Assembly (NCBI RefSeq): GCF_003966335.1
Contig: NZ_CP034549.1
Span: 2,820,001 to 2,852,000, forward strand
Reading direction: 5' to 3'
DNA length: 32,000 nt
Source of the DNA: Nonlabens ponticola
GTDB taxonomy: Bacteria > Bacteroidota > Bacteroidia > Flavobacteriales > Flavobacteriaceae
The first letter of the stretch is position 1. Every line of letters starts with the position of its first letter. The position numbers and the translations under genes were made by a program. Shown piece after piece: positions 1 to 11,144 of the stretch. Under the pieces are notes generated by a model. That model was not told where the DNA came from. It did not search any database and worked only from the letters and a program-made list of their open reading frames with translations.

Positions 1-216
1 TTCTTTCATGTCATCATTGCGATGTGGATGATGCTTGGAACGCTGTTCCATGGTAACACAAATTTGCTTGCCATGCGCGAGATCGATCTCTCCTTCATCG
101 AGCAGTCTCTCAACTTTTTCCACGCTTTCTTCGGCTTTTTCTTTATCCTTGAAGCCTAAGCCTTCGACGGTGCTTGCTGGGTTATCGTCTGTGTAAAGGT
201 TTTCTGATTTTGACAT
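1..216 (-). CDS. Hypothetical small protein, N-terminal part only; the gene runs off the left edge
   Basis: The reverse strand has an ATG at 216-214 and stays open to position 1. It translates as MSKSENLYTDDNPASTVEGLGFKDKEKAEESVEKVERLLDEGEIDLAHGKQICVTMEQRSKHHPHRNDDMKE. It is missing from the ORF track because it is truncated. I did not recognise a family. Confidence 0.45.
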   Translation of the reverse strand, partial: MSKSENLYTDDNPASTVEGLGFKDKEKAEESVEKVERLLDEGEIDLAHGKQICVTMEQRSKHHPHRNDDMKE

Positions 217-284
217 TTTTTATTTTCAAGCTACAAACAAACCCAAAATCTGAACTTCTACTTTTCAGACATTTAACGTGAGGC

Positions 285-314
285 AATAAAAAAGGCCTCT
301 GAAATTCAGAAGCC
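285..314 (-). terminator. Rho-independent terminator after the YqeY gene at the end of the dcw transcription unit
   Basis: On the minus strand, GGCTTCTG and CAGAGGCC form an 8-bp stem with one mismatch and a 5-nt loop, followed by TTTTTTATT. It lies 23 nt downstream of the stop at 337. Confidence 0.7.
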
Positions 315-336
315 CTTATCACTTTACTTGTTCGAT

Positions 337-786
337 CTATGAATTCAGTTTTTGCTTGACGATGGTGCTTATCGTGCGACCATCTGCCTTACCTGCCAGC
401 AATTGATTTGCTCTGCCCATGACTTTACCCATGTCTTTCATTCCATTAGCACCAGTTTCATCTATGACTTGTTGCACGACTGTAGCAATCTCGTCTTCAG
501 ACATTTGCTCTGGTAGGAATTGCTCTAGTACTGCAGCTTGCGCTAGCTCTGGTTCTGCGAGATCATTGCGGTCTTGCTCAGTAAAGATTCTTGCGCTGTC
601 TTTTCGTTGTTTTACCAACTTCTGGACGAGTTTTATCTCTTGCTCTTCACTTAACTCTGCCGCGTCACCCGATGTTTTAGCAAGCAATAGCTCACTCTTT
701 ACAGCTCTTAGTGATGCAAGCGCTACTTGATCCTTACTTTTCATGGCCTCTTTCAAGGCTGTCATGACTTTCTTTTCTAAACTCAT
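337..786 (-). CDS. GatB/YqeY domain-containing protein
   Basis: 149 aa. The N-terminus MSLEKKVMTALKEAMKSKDQVALASLRAVKSELLLAK and the size are typical of the YqeY family. Confidence 0.85.
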   Translation of the reverse strand: MSLEKKVMTALKEAMKSKDQVALASLRAVKSELLLAKTSGDAAELSEEQEIKLVQKLVKQRKDSARIFTEQDRNDLAEPELAQAAVLEQFLPEQMSEDEIATVVQQVIDETGANGMKDMGKVMGRANQLLAGKADGRTISTIVKQKLNS

Positions 787-823
787 TTCTTCAATTTCTA
801 ATTATTAGCAACAATCAAATACA

Positions 824-2803
824 TCAATCTGGATTGTCGTGCAAAAAGGAATTATTGTTAGATCGCAACTGGATCTCATTGTTCTCATCAGTATTCAAGG
901 TGGTTCTTGAGATCGAGGTTCCCGATGGATTCTCGTCTAGCTCTACACCATGACGCTGAAATGCAGGCTTGCTTTCAAGCTCTTCTAACCTGTGTGTTGA
1001 TTTAAACTTGAAGTTATAGGCATGCATTTTTCTCTTGCGCTCTTCCGCTCTCAATTTCAACACCTCATTGATAGGCATCTCAGTTGGATCTAATTCTTGA
1101 TCAACAGGTTGAATTGTGGCTGGCGCAGGTGCTTCTGTGACCTTTTTGGTCATGATTTCAACCTCAGCTTGCTCATTTTTTGTTGGCTGTGCTGCGTTCA
1201 AGTTTTCCTCAACTTCCATGTAATCGTCTAGTGAGTACTTGCGTATTCCATCATCGGAAACCTCGGTCACTGGGATCACTTCAACGGCATCATTGACCTC
1301 GATATCCTCTAATTGGTAGGTGATTTTATCTTCTGGTGCATTTGCGTTCTCATCCTCATGCAGCGGCATATCAAAGTCAAAAAGGATTTGTTCCTTTACC
1401 TCAATTTGATCTTCTTCCTGTGGCTGCGTTGCTACTGGTTCTTCTTCTCTTATCGTATAATTGATGGCATCTTGATCCAGCACCTCATCATAAACGACGT
1501 TCAGATTCTTGATAAATTCAGTCGTTGGGATCAATGGATTTTCCATGACTGGTGGCATGATCTCTTCTGGCTCTTCATCGCCTAGCTCGTGCAATATGAT
1601 GACTGGTTCCTCGACCTTTTTTATTGGTTGTGATGGTTGTGGTGTTTCAGCTTTCGCGAAAGCGGAATCATCAACATTATCTTCTTCCTGATCGTCTTGA
1701 TCCATAATCAATTTGCCTGGTTGCACGTTGCCATTACCGTTGTCCAACACCTGTGTGGTGCGCTGCTCTTCTTCCAGCGTGTGGATGATGCGACGCGTCT
1801 CTGTATTTGATATCTCATTTTGCTGTTCTGCATCAAAGCCTGTGGCAATAACAGTCACCGCGATGGCATCACCTAATGATTCTTCCTCGCCTACACCCAT
1901 GATGATGTTTGCGCCGCCGCCGGCCTCGTTCTGGATATGCTCGTTGATCTCACCTATCTCGTCAATTGTGATCTCCTCAGTTCCAGAAACAATGAGTAGC
2001 AACACGTTTTTGGCGCCTGTGATCTTGTTGTCGTTAAGCAATGGGCTGTCCAGCGCCTTGAGAATTCCTTCCTGAGCACGGTTGGATCCAGTTGCCTGGG
2101 CACTACCCATGATGGCAGTTCCCGAATTTGACAATACAGTTTTTGCATCGCGCAAGTCAATATTTTGTGTGTAGTGGTTGGTAATAACCTCGGCAATACC
2201 TCTTGAGGCCGTAGCGAGTACCTCATCAGCCTTAGAAAATCCAGCCTTAAATCCTAGATTACCGTAAACGTCGCGTAGTTTGTTATTATTAATGATGACC
2301 AGCGAGTCCACATTCTTGCGGAATTTCTCAATACCTAATTGCGCCTGCTCGTTTCTCACCTTACCCTCAAACTGGAATGGCGTCGTGACAATACCTACTG
2401 TCAATATCTCCATCTCACGAGCGACCTGAGCAATGACTGGCGCCGCGCCTGTACCGGTACCACCACCCATTCCTGCGGTGATGAAAACCATCTTTGTCCT
2501 GCGATCCAGCATGTTGCGCACGTCCTCAATACTTTCCTGTGCAGCGCGCTCACCAACTTCTGGATTCGCGCCAGCGCCTAGACCTTCTGTCAAGGTGACG
2601 CCTAGTTGTATTTTATTGGGAACTGGGCTGTTCTCGAGTGCCTGTGCATCTGTATTACAAATTACAAAATCCACGCCCTTGATGCCCTGCTGGAACATGT
2701 GTTTGATGGCGTTGCTACCACCACCACCTACTCCAATCACCTTGATCACATTGGACTGGTTTTTAGGTAGATCAAAATCAAAATTGCTGAAATCCTCGCT
2801 CAT
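824..2803 (-). CDS. ftsZ: Cell division protein FtsZ with a long acidic C-terminal linker
   Basis: It has the tubulin signature GGGTGTGAAPVIA, IKVIGVGGGGSNA near the N-terminus, and a core ending in VIATGFD at about aa 324. About 335 further residues follow, ending in SFLHDNPD. It occupies the last position of the dcw cluster. Confidence 0.97.
   Translation of the reverse strand: MSEDFSNFDFDLPKNQSNVIKVIGVGGGGSNAIKHMFQQGIKGVDFVICNTDAQALENSPVPNKIQLGVTLTEGLGAGANPEVGERAAQESIEDVRNMLDRRTKMVFITAGMGGGTGTGAAPVIAQVAREMEILTVGIVTTPFQFEGKVRNEQAQLGIEKFRKNVDSLVIINNNKLRDVYGNLGFKAGFSKADEVLATASRGIAEVITNHYTQNIDLRDAKTVLSNSGTAIMGSAQATGSNRAQEGILKALDSPLLNDNKITGAKNVLLLIVSGTEEITIDEIGEINEHIQNEAGGGANIIMGVGEEESLGDAIAVTVIATGFDAEQQNEISNTETRRIIHTLEEEQRTTQVLDNGNGNVQPGKLIMDQDDQEEDNVDDSAFAKAETPQPSQPIKKVEEPVIILHELGDEEPEEIMPPVMENPLIPTTEFIKNLNVVYDEVLDQDAINYTIREEEPVATQPQEEDQIEVKEQILFDFDMPLHEDENANAPEDKITYQLEDIEVNDAVEVIPVTEVSDDGIRKYSLDDYMEVEENLNAAQPTKNEQAEVEIMTKKVTEAPAPATIQPVDQELDPTEMPINEVLKLRAEERKRKMHAYNFKFKSTHRLEELESKPAFQRHGVELDENPSGTSISRTTLNTDENNEIQLRSNNNSFLHDNPD
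1650..1663. repeat. Iterated palindrome GCTTTCGCGAAAGC, copy 1 (inside the ftsZ linker, encodes AFAKA)
   Basis: An exact 14-mer was read directly from the sequence. FtsZ reads DSAFAKAE here. Confidence 0.99.
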
Positions 2804-2853
2804 AGATTGCTACTTTTACTATTCAATATGTTTATGCGCTTGAGTGGTTTTAC

Positions 2854-4200
2854 CTACTCTGCGTTGTCTAAAAAATCTTTTATTTTTCCTGCCCATCCTT
2901 CTAGAAAACCTTTCTTCTGGCTGGGTTGTGTTACAGATGGCCCGTTTGTTTCTGGCTCTTCTTGCTGCTGCTCTTCTTCCAGATTTACTGACTCTGTTTC
3001 AATTATTTCTTCTTCTTTATTTGCTTGTGCCTGTAGAGAATTTGCTTCAAGTCCCTTAAGAACCAGACCTACTGCCGTTGCGAATAATGGACTGGTACTT
3101 TCTGTATCGCTGTCGCCTGCTAGGTGCTCGTTAGGGTATCCTATACGACTGGGCATACCCGTCACATATTCTGCTAATTGCTTGATGTGTTTTAACTGGC
3201 TGCCACCACCGGTAAGGACCACACCAGCGATAAGTTGCTTCTTAGGCTCCTCATGACCGTAGTTCTTGATCTCCACAAATACGGTCTCCAGAATCTCAAT
3301 CACTCGAGCATGGATAATCTTACTCAAATTCTTGAGTGTGATTTCCTTAGGCTCACGACCACGCAAACCTGGAATGGAAACGATCTCATTTTCTTTATTC
3401 TCACCAGGCCATGCACTACCAAATTTTGTCTTGAGAAGCTCTGCCTGCTTTTCAATAATGCTACAGCCTTCCTTAATGTCTTGTGTGATGATGCCACCAC
3501 CTTGAGGTATCACAGCCGTGTGGCGTATGATTCCATCCTTGAAAATGGCAAGGTCTGTCGTGCCACCACCTATATCGATGAGTGCCACGCCAGCTTCTTT
3601 TTCTTCTTGGCTAAGGACAGCTTCGGCACTTGCAAGTGGCTCCAGCGTTACATCAGTAAGATCTAGACCAGCGCTTTTAACACAACGACCTATGTTCTTG
3701 ATGGATGCAATTTGCCCTACTACCACGTGAAAGTTAGCTTCAAGCCTACCACCGTACATACCAATAGGCTCCTTGATCTCTGATTGACCATCGATCTTAT
3801 ATTCTTGTGGCAAAACGTGAATGATAGCCTCGCCTGGCAACATAACTAGCTTGTAAACCTGCTGGCATAATTTGTCAATATCTTCTTGGGCGATCACCTG
3901 CTCACTATCTGCTCTAGTGACATAATCGCTGTGTTGCAAACTGCGTATATGTTGCCCTGCTATACCTACAGTGACTCGCTCTATCTTCATGCCGCTTACA
4001 GCTTCTGCCTGAGTGACCGCTTGCTGGATGGATGTAATGGTTTGGGTGATATTGTTCACCACGCCGCGGTGAACGCCTTGACTTTTTGATCTTCCTACAC
4101 CTAGGATCTCAAGCTTGCCGTACTCATTTTTGCGACCTATCATAGCAACAATCTTAGTCGTTCCTATGTCCAGTCCTACCGCATATTCCTGTGTATCCAT
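2854..4200 (-). CDS. ftsA: Cell division protein FtsA
   Basis: Actin-like ATPase motifs are present: GLDIGTTKIVAMIG, ALIDIGGGTTDLAIF and VLTGGGSQL. The C-terminus GFLEGWAGKIKDFL is amphipathic. It sits directly upstream of ftsZ. Confidence 0.95.
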   Translation of the reverse strand: MDTQEYAVGLDIGTTKIVAMIGRKNEYGKLEILGVGRSKSQGVHRGVVNNITQTITSIQQAVTQAEAVSGMKIERVTVGIAGQHIRSLQHSDYVTRADSEQVIAQEDIDKLCQQVYKLVMLPGEAIIHVLPQEYKIDGQSEIKEPIGMYGGRLEANFHVVVGQIASIKNIGRCVKSAGLDLTDVTLEPLASAEAVLSQEEKEAGVALIDIGGGTTDLAIFKDGIIRHTAVIPQGGGIITQDIKEGCSIIEKQAELLKTKFGSAWPGENKENEIVSIPGLRGREPKEITLKNLSKIIHARVIEILETVFVEIKNYGHEEPKKQLIAGVVLTGGGSQLKHIKQLAEYVTGMPSRIGYPNEHLAGDSDTESTSPLFATAVGLVLKGLEANSLQAQANKEEEIIETESVNLEEEQQQEEPETNGPSVTQPSQKKGFLEGWAGKIKDFLDNAE

Positions 4201-4207
4201 TTCTATC

Positions 4208-4924
4208 TTACTTTTTTATTACTACTACCTGATTATCAAAACGTAAATCCAACCGCTTCACTTCATCCATAGCTTCATTCTTTTCTAGCTGAGCCATCAT
4301 TGCCTTAAAGTTGTAGAACTTAGTTTGCAAGTCCTCAACATTTCCAAGTGCTATATCAAAATCCAATGCTCTCAAACTACAAATGACATTCTCGCTATTA
4401 CTCATATCGATTTGCGTCACCATGCTTTCCATGTACTCGTCGTTTCTCAAAAAGCTTATCAATTCATAAACCTCATCTTGATCGCTGGAATGATATCCCA
4501 TTACTAACGGCACCCTTGCGGCGTATTCTTGGGACAAAGGCATGATCTTATTTTCTTTATCCAGGTAAAAACTAGAGTCCGCGATGATCCTAGCGACAGG
4601 CACTCGTTGCTCTACAATCACGTGCATCCTACCTTTCAAATCAACCGAAACCTGTGCAGCCCTGATCATTGCGTTATTTTCAAGGCTTAACTCGCTTCTA
4701 TTCAAATCTAATTTTTCTACCGTGAGATTTTGTAAGGTATCCTCACTTTGTATCAACAGTTTATTAACGTTTTCCTGCGATATCAACGGCTCTTTATAAT
4801 CAGTAAATGAGACAGTTACATCTTCTACTTTTTGCGATTCATGACGATGATCTGCAAAGCCGTAAAGTGCTATAATGGCAACTAAAACTAGGCTTAAAAT
4901 AATATGGTTTTCATACTGTTTCAT
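4208..4924 (-). CDS. ftsQ: Cell division protein FtsQ (single N-terminal TM plus POTRA-like region)
   Basis: 238 aa with the N-terminal hydrophobic helix IILSLVLVAIIALYGF. It lies between murC and ftsA and shares a 4-nt overlap with the murC stop. Confidence 0.8.
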   Translation of the reverse strand: MKQYENHIILSLVLVAIIALYGFADHRHESQKVEDVTVSFTDYKEPLISQENVNKLLIQSEDTLQNLTVEKLDLNRSELSLENNAMIRAAQVSVDLKGRMHVIVEQRVPVARIIADSSFYLDKENKIMPLSQEYAARVPLVMGYHSSDQDEVYELISFLRNDEYMESMVTQIDMSNSENVICSLRALDFDIALGNVEDLQTKFYNFKAMMAQLEKNEAMDEVKRLDLRFDNQVVVIKK

Positions 4925-6282
4925 ACGGCTAGTTTTTCTTGAAGTTTTTCTGCCTCGACACCTATATCACCAGCACCTAAAATGAGTACAATGCGATTAT
5001 TCATTTCTTCAATGAATTCTGCAATATCTTCCTTGCCTACTACGGCGCTTACTTGCGGCGGCGCGCCTAATGATCTAATATTCTCGCATAGGGCTTGAGA
5101 ATGTACTCCATCAATAGGCTGCTCGCGCGCAGGGTAGATATCTAGAATGCCAACCTTGTCAAATTGCGCAAGACTTGCGGCAAACTCATCCATAAAATCA
5201 CGCGTGCGTGAGAATAAGTGCGGTTGGAATATTACGGTACACATTTCATCAGGATACATCTCGCTCACCGCTTGATAAACCGCATTTATTTCTTGTGGGT
5301 GATGTGCATAATCGTCAATTACTACACGATCTAGACTGTCAATCTTATAGCTAAAACGGCGTTTGACGCCGGGAAAACTCGCCAACGCTGTTTTCAATAA
5401 TTGTGGCTCGACACCATATTCTATCGCCATAGAAAGCGCTAGTAATGCATTTGATAGATTGTGCTGTCCTGGCAATTTGAGCATAAAATCGGCGTAAGTC
5501 TTACCGTTAGAAATCAGATCAAAATGATAAGCACCGTTGACTATGGTCAAGTTTTCCACATAGGTATCACCACTCGCAATTCCTACCGTTTGGGCGTTGT
5601 CAATATCTAGCGACTCATTGACAAATAGCTTGTTGCGGTCAACGAGATCTGCAAATTCATGGAATGCTTGTTCAAAATCCTCAACAGTTTTATAGATATC
5701 GAGATGGTCTGCATCCATGGATGTAATACCACTTATATCAGGCGATAATTGCAAGAAACTACGATCAAATTCATCTGCCTCAACGACCATGACATCTGTT
5801 CCCGTACTCAAATAATTGGTCTCGTATTCCTCAAGGATACCGCCTAAAAACGCAGTCACTTTTACATCGCTTTTATATAATAGATGCGCAAGAATGGCAC
5901 TTGTGGTAGTCTTTCCGTGAGTTCCAGCCACCGCTAGACAGGTCATGGTTTTTGAAATGGAACCTAGTAATTGTGCACGTTTGTTGATGGGTATTCCGCT
6001 TTCGCGAAAGCGTAACAACTCACCAAAATCCTGAGGCACGGCAGGCGTATAAATCACTTGAGACTTCTCGATATCCTTGAAAGCATCAGGAATTCGCTCG
6101 AAGGCATCATTATAATGAATATCGATACCTTCATCTTCCAGCTTCTTGGTGAGGCTTGTAATCACACGATCATATCCAGCAACGTTCTTGCCCAGTGATT
6201 TGAGGTAGCGTGCGAGGCTGCTCATCCCTATACCGCCTATGCCGATAAAGTAAAAATGGCTTATATCCTTTATATCACGCAT
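4921..6282 (-). CDS. murC: UDP-N-acetylmuramate--L-alanine ligase MurC
   Basis: It has [14 protein letters not shown] and the Mur ligase P-loop [17 protein letters not shown]. Its position in the dcw cluster fits. Confidence 0.95.
   Translation of the reverse strand: MRDIKDISHFYFIGIGGIGMSSLARYLKSLGKNVAGYDRVITSLTKKLEDEGIDIHYNDAFERIPDAFKDIEKSQVIYTPAVPQDFGELLRFRESGIPINKRAQLLGSISKTMTCLAVAGTHGKTTTSAILAHLLYKSDVKVTAFLGGILEEYETNYLSTGTDVMVVEADEFDRSFLQLSPDISGITSMDADHLDIYKTVEDFEQAFHEFADLVDRNKLFVNESLDIDNAQTVGIASGDTYVENLTIVNGAYHFDLISNGKTYADFMLKLPGQHNLSNALLALSMAIEYGVEPQLLKTALASFPGVKRRFSYKIDSLDRVVIDDYAHHPQEINAVYQAVSEMYPDEMCTVIFQPHLFSRTRDFMDEFAASLAQFDKVGILDIYPAREQPIDGVHSQALCENIRSLGAPPQVSAVVGKEDIAEFIEEMNNRIVLILGAGDIGVEAEKLQEKLAV
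5998..6011. repeat. Iterated palindrome GCTTTCGCGAAAGC, copy 2 (inside murC, encodes RFRES)
   Basis: An exact 14-mer, palindromic over 16 bp when the flanking C and G are included. MurC reads LRFRESG here. Confidence 0.99.
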
Positions 6283-7372
6283 CGTGTAGTAATTTTTCCA
6301 TGTGATTTACTATGTCACTGGTAGCATTAGGCAACGCGAGCTTTTTGAAATTATCGCTTAGCCTTTGTTGTAATTTTTTGTCCTCTAGTAATTGATTCCA
6401 GACCATTGTAAAATTCTCGTCCAGATCCTTTTCCTGGATCATGAGTGCTGCGTCGTTGCTTACCACCGCTAGTGCATTTTTTGTTTGGTGATCCTCTGCA
6501 ACGTGCGGTGATGGTATGAATATCACTGGCTTTGCCACCAGAGCCAACTCTGATATAGTTCCAGCACCTGATCTTGAAATGATAACGTTTGCAGCAGCGT
6601 ATGCTAGATCCATGCGGTCGATGAAAGCCATGACTTTTACGTTTTCAGTCTCTGCATCCTTGTATTGATCATAATAAATTTTGCCACATTGCCAGATCAC
6701 CTGAATATCCTTGAACAATTCCAGATTTTTGAAGATGAGTTGGTTGATCCTACGTGAACCTAAGCTGCCACCTAAAACCAATAATGTTTGTTTACCAGAA
6801 TCAAGATTGAAGTGCTCGATCGCTGTCGCTTTATCATGATTCATGCTTACCAGATCCTGTCGTACTGGATTTCCTGTGAGGACGATCTTGTCCTTAGGAA
6901 AAAATCGTTCCAGTCCATCGCTTGCCGTACAGATAACATCTACCTTTTTTCCTAATAATTTATTTGTAATTCCTGGATAGGAATTTTGCTCTTGAATAAG
7001 CGTCTTGATACCCTTGCGATTTGCCATGAACAGCAACGGGCCGCTGGCATAACCGCCAGTACCAATCGCTATGTCTGGCTTAAATTCTTTAATGATCTTA
7101 CCTGCATCTTTGAGACTCTTAATCACCTTGAGTGGAAACATCAAGTTTTTTCTACTGAGACTTCTTTGCAGACCACTGATCCATAAACCTTTTATATCAT
7201 ATCCTGCTGCGGGAACCTTTTGCATTTCCATACGATCATTGGCACCAACGAAAAGTATCTCACAATCGGACCAACGATTGCGGCACTCGTTAGCAATCGA
7301 GATCGCTGGATATATATGACCACCTGTGCCACCACCTGATATGATGATTTTATAAGGCTTCACTGAGTACAT
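6275..7372 (-). CDS. murG: Undecaprenyldiphospho-muramoylpentapeptide beta-N-acetylglucosaminyltransferase MurG
   Basis: The N-terminal motif [18 protein letters not shown] is present, the size is 365 aa, and the dcw position fits. Confidence 0.95.
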   Translation of the reverse strand: MYSVKPYKIIISGGGTGGHIYPAISIANECRNRWSDCEILFVGANDRMEMQKVPAAGYDIKGLWISGLQRSLSRKNLMFPLKVIKSLKDAGKIIKEFKPDIAIGTGGYASGPLLFMANRKGIKTLIQEQNSYPGITNKLLGKKVDVICTASDGLERFFPKDKIVLTGNPVRQDLVSMNHDKATAIEHFNLDSGKQTLLVLGGSLGSRRINQLIFKNLELFKDIQVIWQCGKIYYDQYKDAETENVKVMAFIDRMDLAYAAANVIISRSGAGTISELALVAKPVIFIPSPHVAEDHQTKNALAVVSNDAALMIQEKDLDENFTMVWNQLLEDKKLQQRLSDNFKKLALPNATSDIVNHMEKLLHDA

Positions 7373-8549
7373 CTAAAGGGTTCATCTCTTCATCAGGTGT
7401 TTCCTGAGCTTTTATCGCCTGTCGCTTTGCACTTACACTTAATATGATACCTATCGCCATGCAGGTCATCCATATTGAGGTACCACCGCTGCTTATTAAT
7501 GGTAATGTTTGCCCAGTTACAGGAAATAGATTCACGGCTACTGCCATGTTGATCAAGGCCTGCAACACAATCGGGAATCCAACGCCTATTACCAGCAGGG
7601 TTCCAAAAATGGTATCTGATTTATTTGCTATTACCACTACTCTAAACAGTACAAGCAAGTAAACGGCAAGTACCACTAGACCACCGATGATCCCAAATTC
7701 TTCAATAATTATTGCGTAAATAAAATCACTGCTGGACTGCGGTAAAAAATGCTTTTGTTGACTTTTTCCTGGGCCAACACCGGTTACATAACCTGTGGCT
7801 ATGGCAGTTTTTGCTTTTTCAACTTGATAAACAGAATCTGAATCACCGTCACCAGAGAAACTCTCTATACGGCTTACCCAGGTGTCAACGCGATTAGGAA
7901 ACATTCCAGGAAAGGCCTTTGCCATAAGAATGAATAAGGTCAAGGTCAATAATCCTGCACCAACGATTCCCAGTAAGTATTTCCACGGATAACCGCCGAT
8001 GAAGCATAGCAACAAAACCATTGAAAATATGATAGCCGTTGTGGAAAAGTTTGATGGCAAAATAAACATCAATACCGCCGCCACTGGAAGCCATAAGGGA
8101 ACGATGGATTTTTTGAATTCTATGATTTTGTCGCGCATCGCGTTAAGGTAGCGTGCTACCCAAACCATGAGCACCACCGCCGCCAAGGTACTTGTTTGAA
8201 ACCCGATGCCCACAAACGGAATGCGTATCCATCGACTGGCGTTTGCGCCACCCATTTCGGTTCCTTGAAAGGCAGTAACTATAAGTAATACCACCACTAC
8301 AGGTAACATGATAATACTTAATCCCTTGAAGTAATTGTAGGGTATTTTGTGAACCGCATACACGATGCCTATTCCCAAAACTAAGTGCGCAAAATGTTTC
8401 AAAATATACTTGAGCGTGTTGCCTTCACCACCATTCAGATATGCGAGATTGCTGCTCGCACTATACACTGGTAAAAACGAAAATATCGCCAGCATAAGCA
8501 CTAGTGCCCACAAGAATAAATCACCTGATATGTATTCTTTAATCTTCAA
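7350..8549 (-). CDS. ftsW: FtsW/RodA/SpoVE (SEDS) family protein, FtsW by context
   Basis: It is a polytopic membrane protein with SEDS-like motifs ([23 protein letters not shown]). It lies between murD and murG. Confidence 0.9.
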   Translation of the reverse strand: MKIKEYISGDLFLWALVLMLAIFSFLPVYSASSNLAYLNGGEGNTLKYILKHFAHLVLGIGIVYAVHKIPYNYFKGLSIIMLPVVVVLLIVTAFQGTEMGGANASRWIRIPFVGIGFQTSTLAAVVLMVWVARYLNAMRDKIIEFKKSIVPLWLPVAAVLMFILPSNFSTTAIIFSMVLLLCFIGGYPWKYLLGIVGAGLLTLTLFILMAKAFPGMFPNRVDTWVSRIESFSGDGDSDSVYQVEKAKTAIATGYVTGVGPGKSQQKHFLPQSSSDFIYAIIIEEFGIIGGLVVLAVYLLVLFRVVVIANKSDTIFGTLLVIGVGFPIVLQALINMAVAVNLFPVTGQTLPLISSGGTSIWMTCMAIGIILSVSAKRQAIKAQETPDEEMNPLDVLSEAL

Positions 8550-9911
8550 TTATAATCCTCTTACAGCGTTTTTAAATTGTCGACCACGATCCTCATAATT
8601 TTCAAACAAATCAAAACTTGCACAAGCTGGACTCAACAACACGTTATCGCCAGCGCTAGCCAATTTATAAGCCACACGTACAGCATCTTCCATACTGCTA
8701 GTCTCTACCATTTGGTCCACACAATTGCCAAAGGCCTCAACAATCTTAGAATTATCAGTGCCCAAGCAAATGATTGCCTTTACATGCTTGTTGACAAGGC
8801 GATACAACTGGCTGTAATCATTACCCTTATCTACGCCACCCACGATCCACACAGTGGGCTGTTCCATACTATCTAGCGCATAGAAAGTTGCGTTGACATT
8901 GGTCGCTTTAGAATCATTAATGTACTGAACTTTGTTGATCTTGAGCACTTGCTCCAATCGATGTTCCACACCTTGAAACGATTGTAGGCTTTGACGTATC
9001 GTCTCCTTTCTTATTTTCAATAATTTGGCAGTGGTAGCGGCTGCCATCGCATTTGCTGTGTTGTGTTGACCCTTAACGGATAGTTGCTGTATAGGCATAG
9101 TAAAAGTTGATTGTTCTAATTGAATATGTATGGAATCATCGACGATGCTAGCGCCGTGATCTAATTGTTTTTCTAGTGAAAATGGTATGCGTTGTGACTT
9201 GATGTCACTTTGCTCTAAAGCATTTGTAATAGCAGGATCGTCTGCGTTATAGATTAGGTAATCACCGGCGTCTTGATTAAGTGCAATGCGCATTTTTGAC
9301 GCTAGGTAATTCTCAAACTTGTAGTCATAGCGATCCAGATGATCTGGCGTGACATTGAGTAAGACTGCTACATGAGGTTTAAATGATTTGATACCATCCA
9401 ACTGGAAACTGCTTACCTCAAGCAATCTATGACTTGCTTCACCTTGCGCCACTTGCTGGGCAAAACTCTCGCCTATGTTGCCACCCATCGTGTAATCGGC
9501 CTCATCGGTTTTAAGAATGCGCCCTATCATGCTGGTGACCGTCGTTTTCCCGTTGCTGCCAGTAACTGCAATGATATTCTCGTTGCTGTGTGCTGCCGCA
9601 AACTCAATTTCAGAAATTACGGGAACGTTTTGTGCAGTGAATTTTTGCACCACTTCTGCAGTGTCAGGAATTCCTGGGCTTTTCACTACCAGACTTGCAT
9701 TGCTGATTGTTGACCATGTGTGTTGCCCTGACTCGTAGGGAATGTTGTTGGTTTGTAACGCTTTCGCGAAAGCTGACTTAAAATCACCCATATTGCTCAC
9801 AAATACATCGTACTGCATTTCATGAGCCAGCAAAGCCGCGCCCAAGCCGCTGATGCCGCCACCAAGAATAATGACGCGCTCATAATTATATGTTGTGTTA
9901 GCCTGTGGCAC
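8550..9911 (-). CDS. murD: UDP-N-acetylmuramoylalanine--D-glutamate ligase MurD
   Basis: It has the Rossmann motif ILGGGISGLGAA and the P-loop VTGSNGKTTVTSMIG. The track ORF starts at 9968, inside mraY. I prefer the in-frame GTG at 9911-9909, which overlaps the mraY TAG by one base (TAGTG), because no ATG precedes the Rossmann motif downstream of the mraY stop. Confidence 0.9.
   Translation of the reverse strand: MPQANTTYNYERVIILGGGISGLGAALLAHEMQYDVFVSNMGDFKSAFAKALQTNNIPYESGQHTWSTISNASLVVKSPGIPDTAEVVQKFTAQNVPVISEIEFAAAHSNENIIAVTGSNGKTTVTSMIGRILKTDEADYTMGGNIGESFAQQVAQGEASHRLLEVSSFQLDGIKSFKPHVAVLLNVTPDHLDRYDYKFENYLASKMRIALNQDAGDYLIYNADDPAITNALEQSDIKSQRIPFSLEKQLDHGASIVDDSIHIQLEQSTFTMPIQQLSVKGQHNTANAMAAATTAKLLKIRKETIRQSLQSFQGVEHRLEQVLKINKVQYINDSKATNVNATFYALDSMEQPTVWIVGGVDKGNDYSQLYRLVNKHVKAIICLGTDNSKIVEAFGNCVDQMVETSSMEDAVRVAYKLASAGDNVLLSPACASFDLFENYEDRGRQFKNAVRGL
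9760..9773. repeat. Iterated palindrome GCTTTCGCGAAAGC, copy 3 (inside murD, encodes AFAKA)
   Basis: An exact 14-mer. MurD reads KSAFAKALQ here. Confidence 0.99.
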
Positions 9912-11143
9912 TAGCGTAATTTTAGGGTTATGACGGTGAGAATTGCGAGTAGAATTCCAACAATCCAAAAGCGAACGACAATTTTACTCTCGTGAAAACC
10001 TCGTTTTTGATAATGGTGATGTAGCGGTGACATGAGGAAAATACGTCGACCTTCTCCGTATTTTTTTCTTGTGTATTTGAACCAACTTACCTGCATGATC
10101 ACAGATAGATTTTCCATAAAAAAGATTCCGCACAGGATAGGAATAAGTAGTTCCTTGCGCGTTGCAATAGCAAGTACGGCAATGATACCACCTATGGTCA
10201 AACTGCCGGTATCACCCATAAATACTTGTGCAGGAAATGTGTTGTACCATAAAAATCCTACCAGCGCACCAGCAAAAGCAGCAGTAAAAACCACCATCTC
10301 ACCAGAGTTGGGTATGTACATGACATTGAGATAATCAGAAAACACGATGTTACCAGATATCCATGCAAATAGCGCTAGTGTCAATACTACAATAGAACTT
10401 GTTCCTGCGGCAAGACCGTCAATACCATCAGTAAGATTTGCGCCGTTTGAAACGCCTGTTACAATTACAATGACGACTGGAATAAATATGAGCCAGGCCC
10501 ATTTTGCTAGCGATGGATCGATCCACGTGAGCAATGACGCATAGTCAAACTCATTTCCCTTGACAAAAGGAATGGTTGTTTTGGTAGATTGTTCCGCTGG
10601 CTCAAATTCTCTAGGTGAATTTTGTGTGATGAGCTCTTGACCGCTTTTAGGGTTAGTAATTTCTTCTTTGATGGTGACACCTGGATGAAAATACATGGTG
10701 GCACCAATGATGCATCCCAAAACCACCTGACCCAAGACCTTGAATTTACCATGCAGGCCGCCTTTATCCTTCTGGAATATCTTGATATAATCATCTGTAA
10801 AACCTATCAATCCCATCCAAACAGTTGTGACGATCAACATGATGACATAGATATTGTCCAATTGTGCAAACAGCAATACTGGAACTAGCGTCGCGAGAAT
10901 AATTATGATACCACCCATGGTAGGCGTACCGGCCTTTTGAGCCTGTCCTTCAAGACCTAGATCTCTTACCGTTTCACCTATCTGCATGCGTTGCAAATAC
11001 TTGATGATGCGCTTACCGTAAATCGTAGAAAATCCTAGCGATAGCACAAATGCAATCGCAGCCCTAAAGGTGATAAACCCAAATAGGGAAGCACCAGGAA
11101 ACTGGAACTCGCTTTCTAAATAATCAAATAGGTAATACAGCAT
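9911..11143 (-). CDS. mraY: Phospho-N-acetylmuramoyl-pentapeptide-transferase MraY
   Basis: It is a polytopic membrane protein with [21 protein letters not shown] and the C-terminal SPLHHHY motif. Confidence 0.96.
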   Translation of the reverse strand: MLYYLFDYLESEFQFPGASLFGFITFRAAIAFVLSLGFSTIYGKRIIKYLQRMQIGETVRDLGLEGQAQKAGTPTMGGIIIILATLVPVLLFAQLDNIYVIMLIVTTVWMGLIGFTDDYIKIFQKDKGGLHGKFKVLGQVVLGCIIGATMYFHPGVTIKEEITNPKSGQELITQNSPREFEPAEQSTKTTIPFVKGNEFDYASLLTWIDPSLAKWAWLIFIPVVIVIVTGVSNGANLTDGIDGLAAGTSSIVVLTLALFAWISGNIVFSDYLNVMYIPNSGEMVVFTAAFAGALVGFLWYNTFPAQVFMGDTGSLTIGGIIAVLAIATRKELLIPILCGIFFMENLSVIMQVSWFKYTRKKYGEGRRIFLMSPLHHHYQKRGFHESKIVVRFWIVGILLAILTVITLKLR

Positions 11144-11144
11144 G

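Noticed and set aside
9912-9968. The ORF track gives MurD an N-terminal extension ([19 protein letters not shown]).
   Set aside because: The extension lies wholly inside the 3' end of mraY. It looks like an out-of-frame read of that gene and precedes the Rossmann motif by an atypical distance. A GTG at the mraY stop gives a normal-length MurD.
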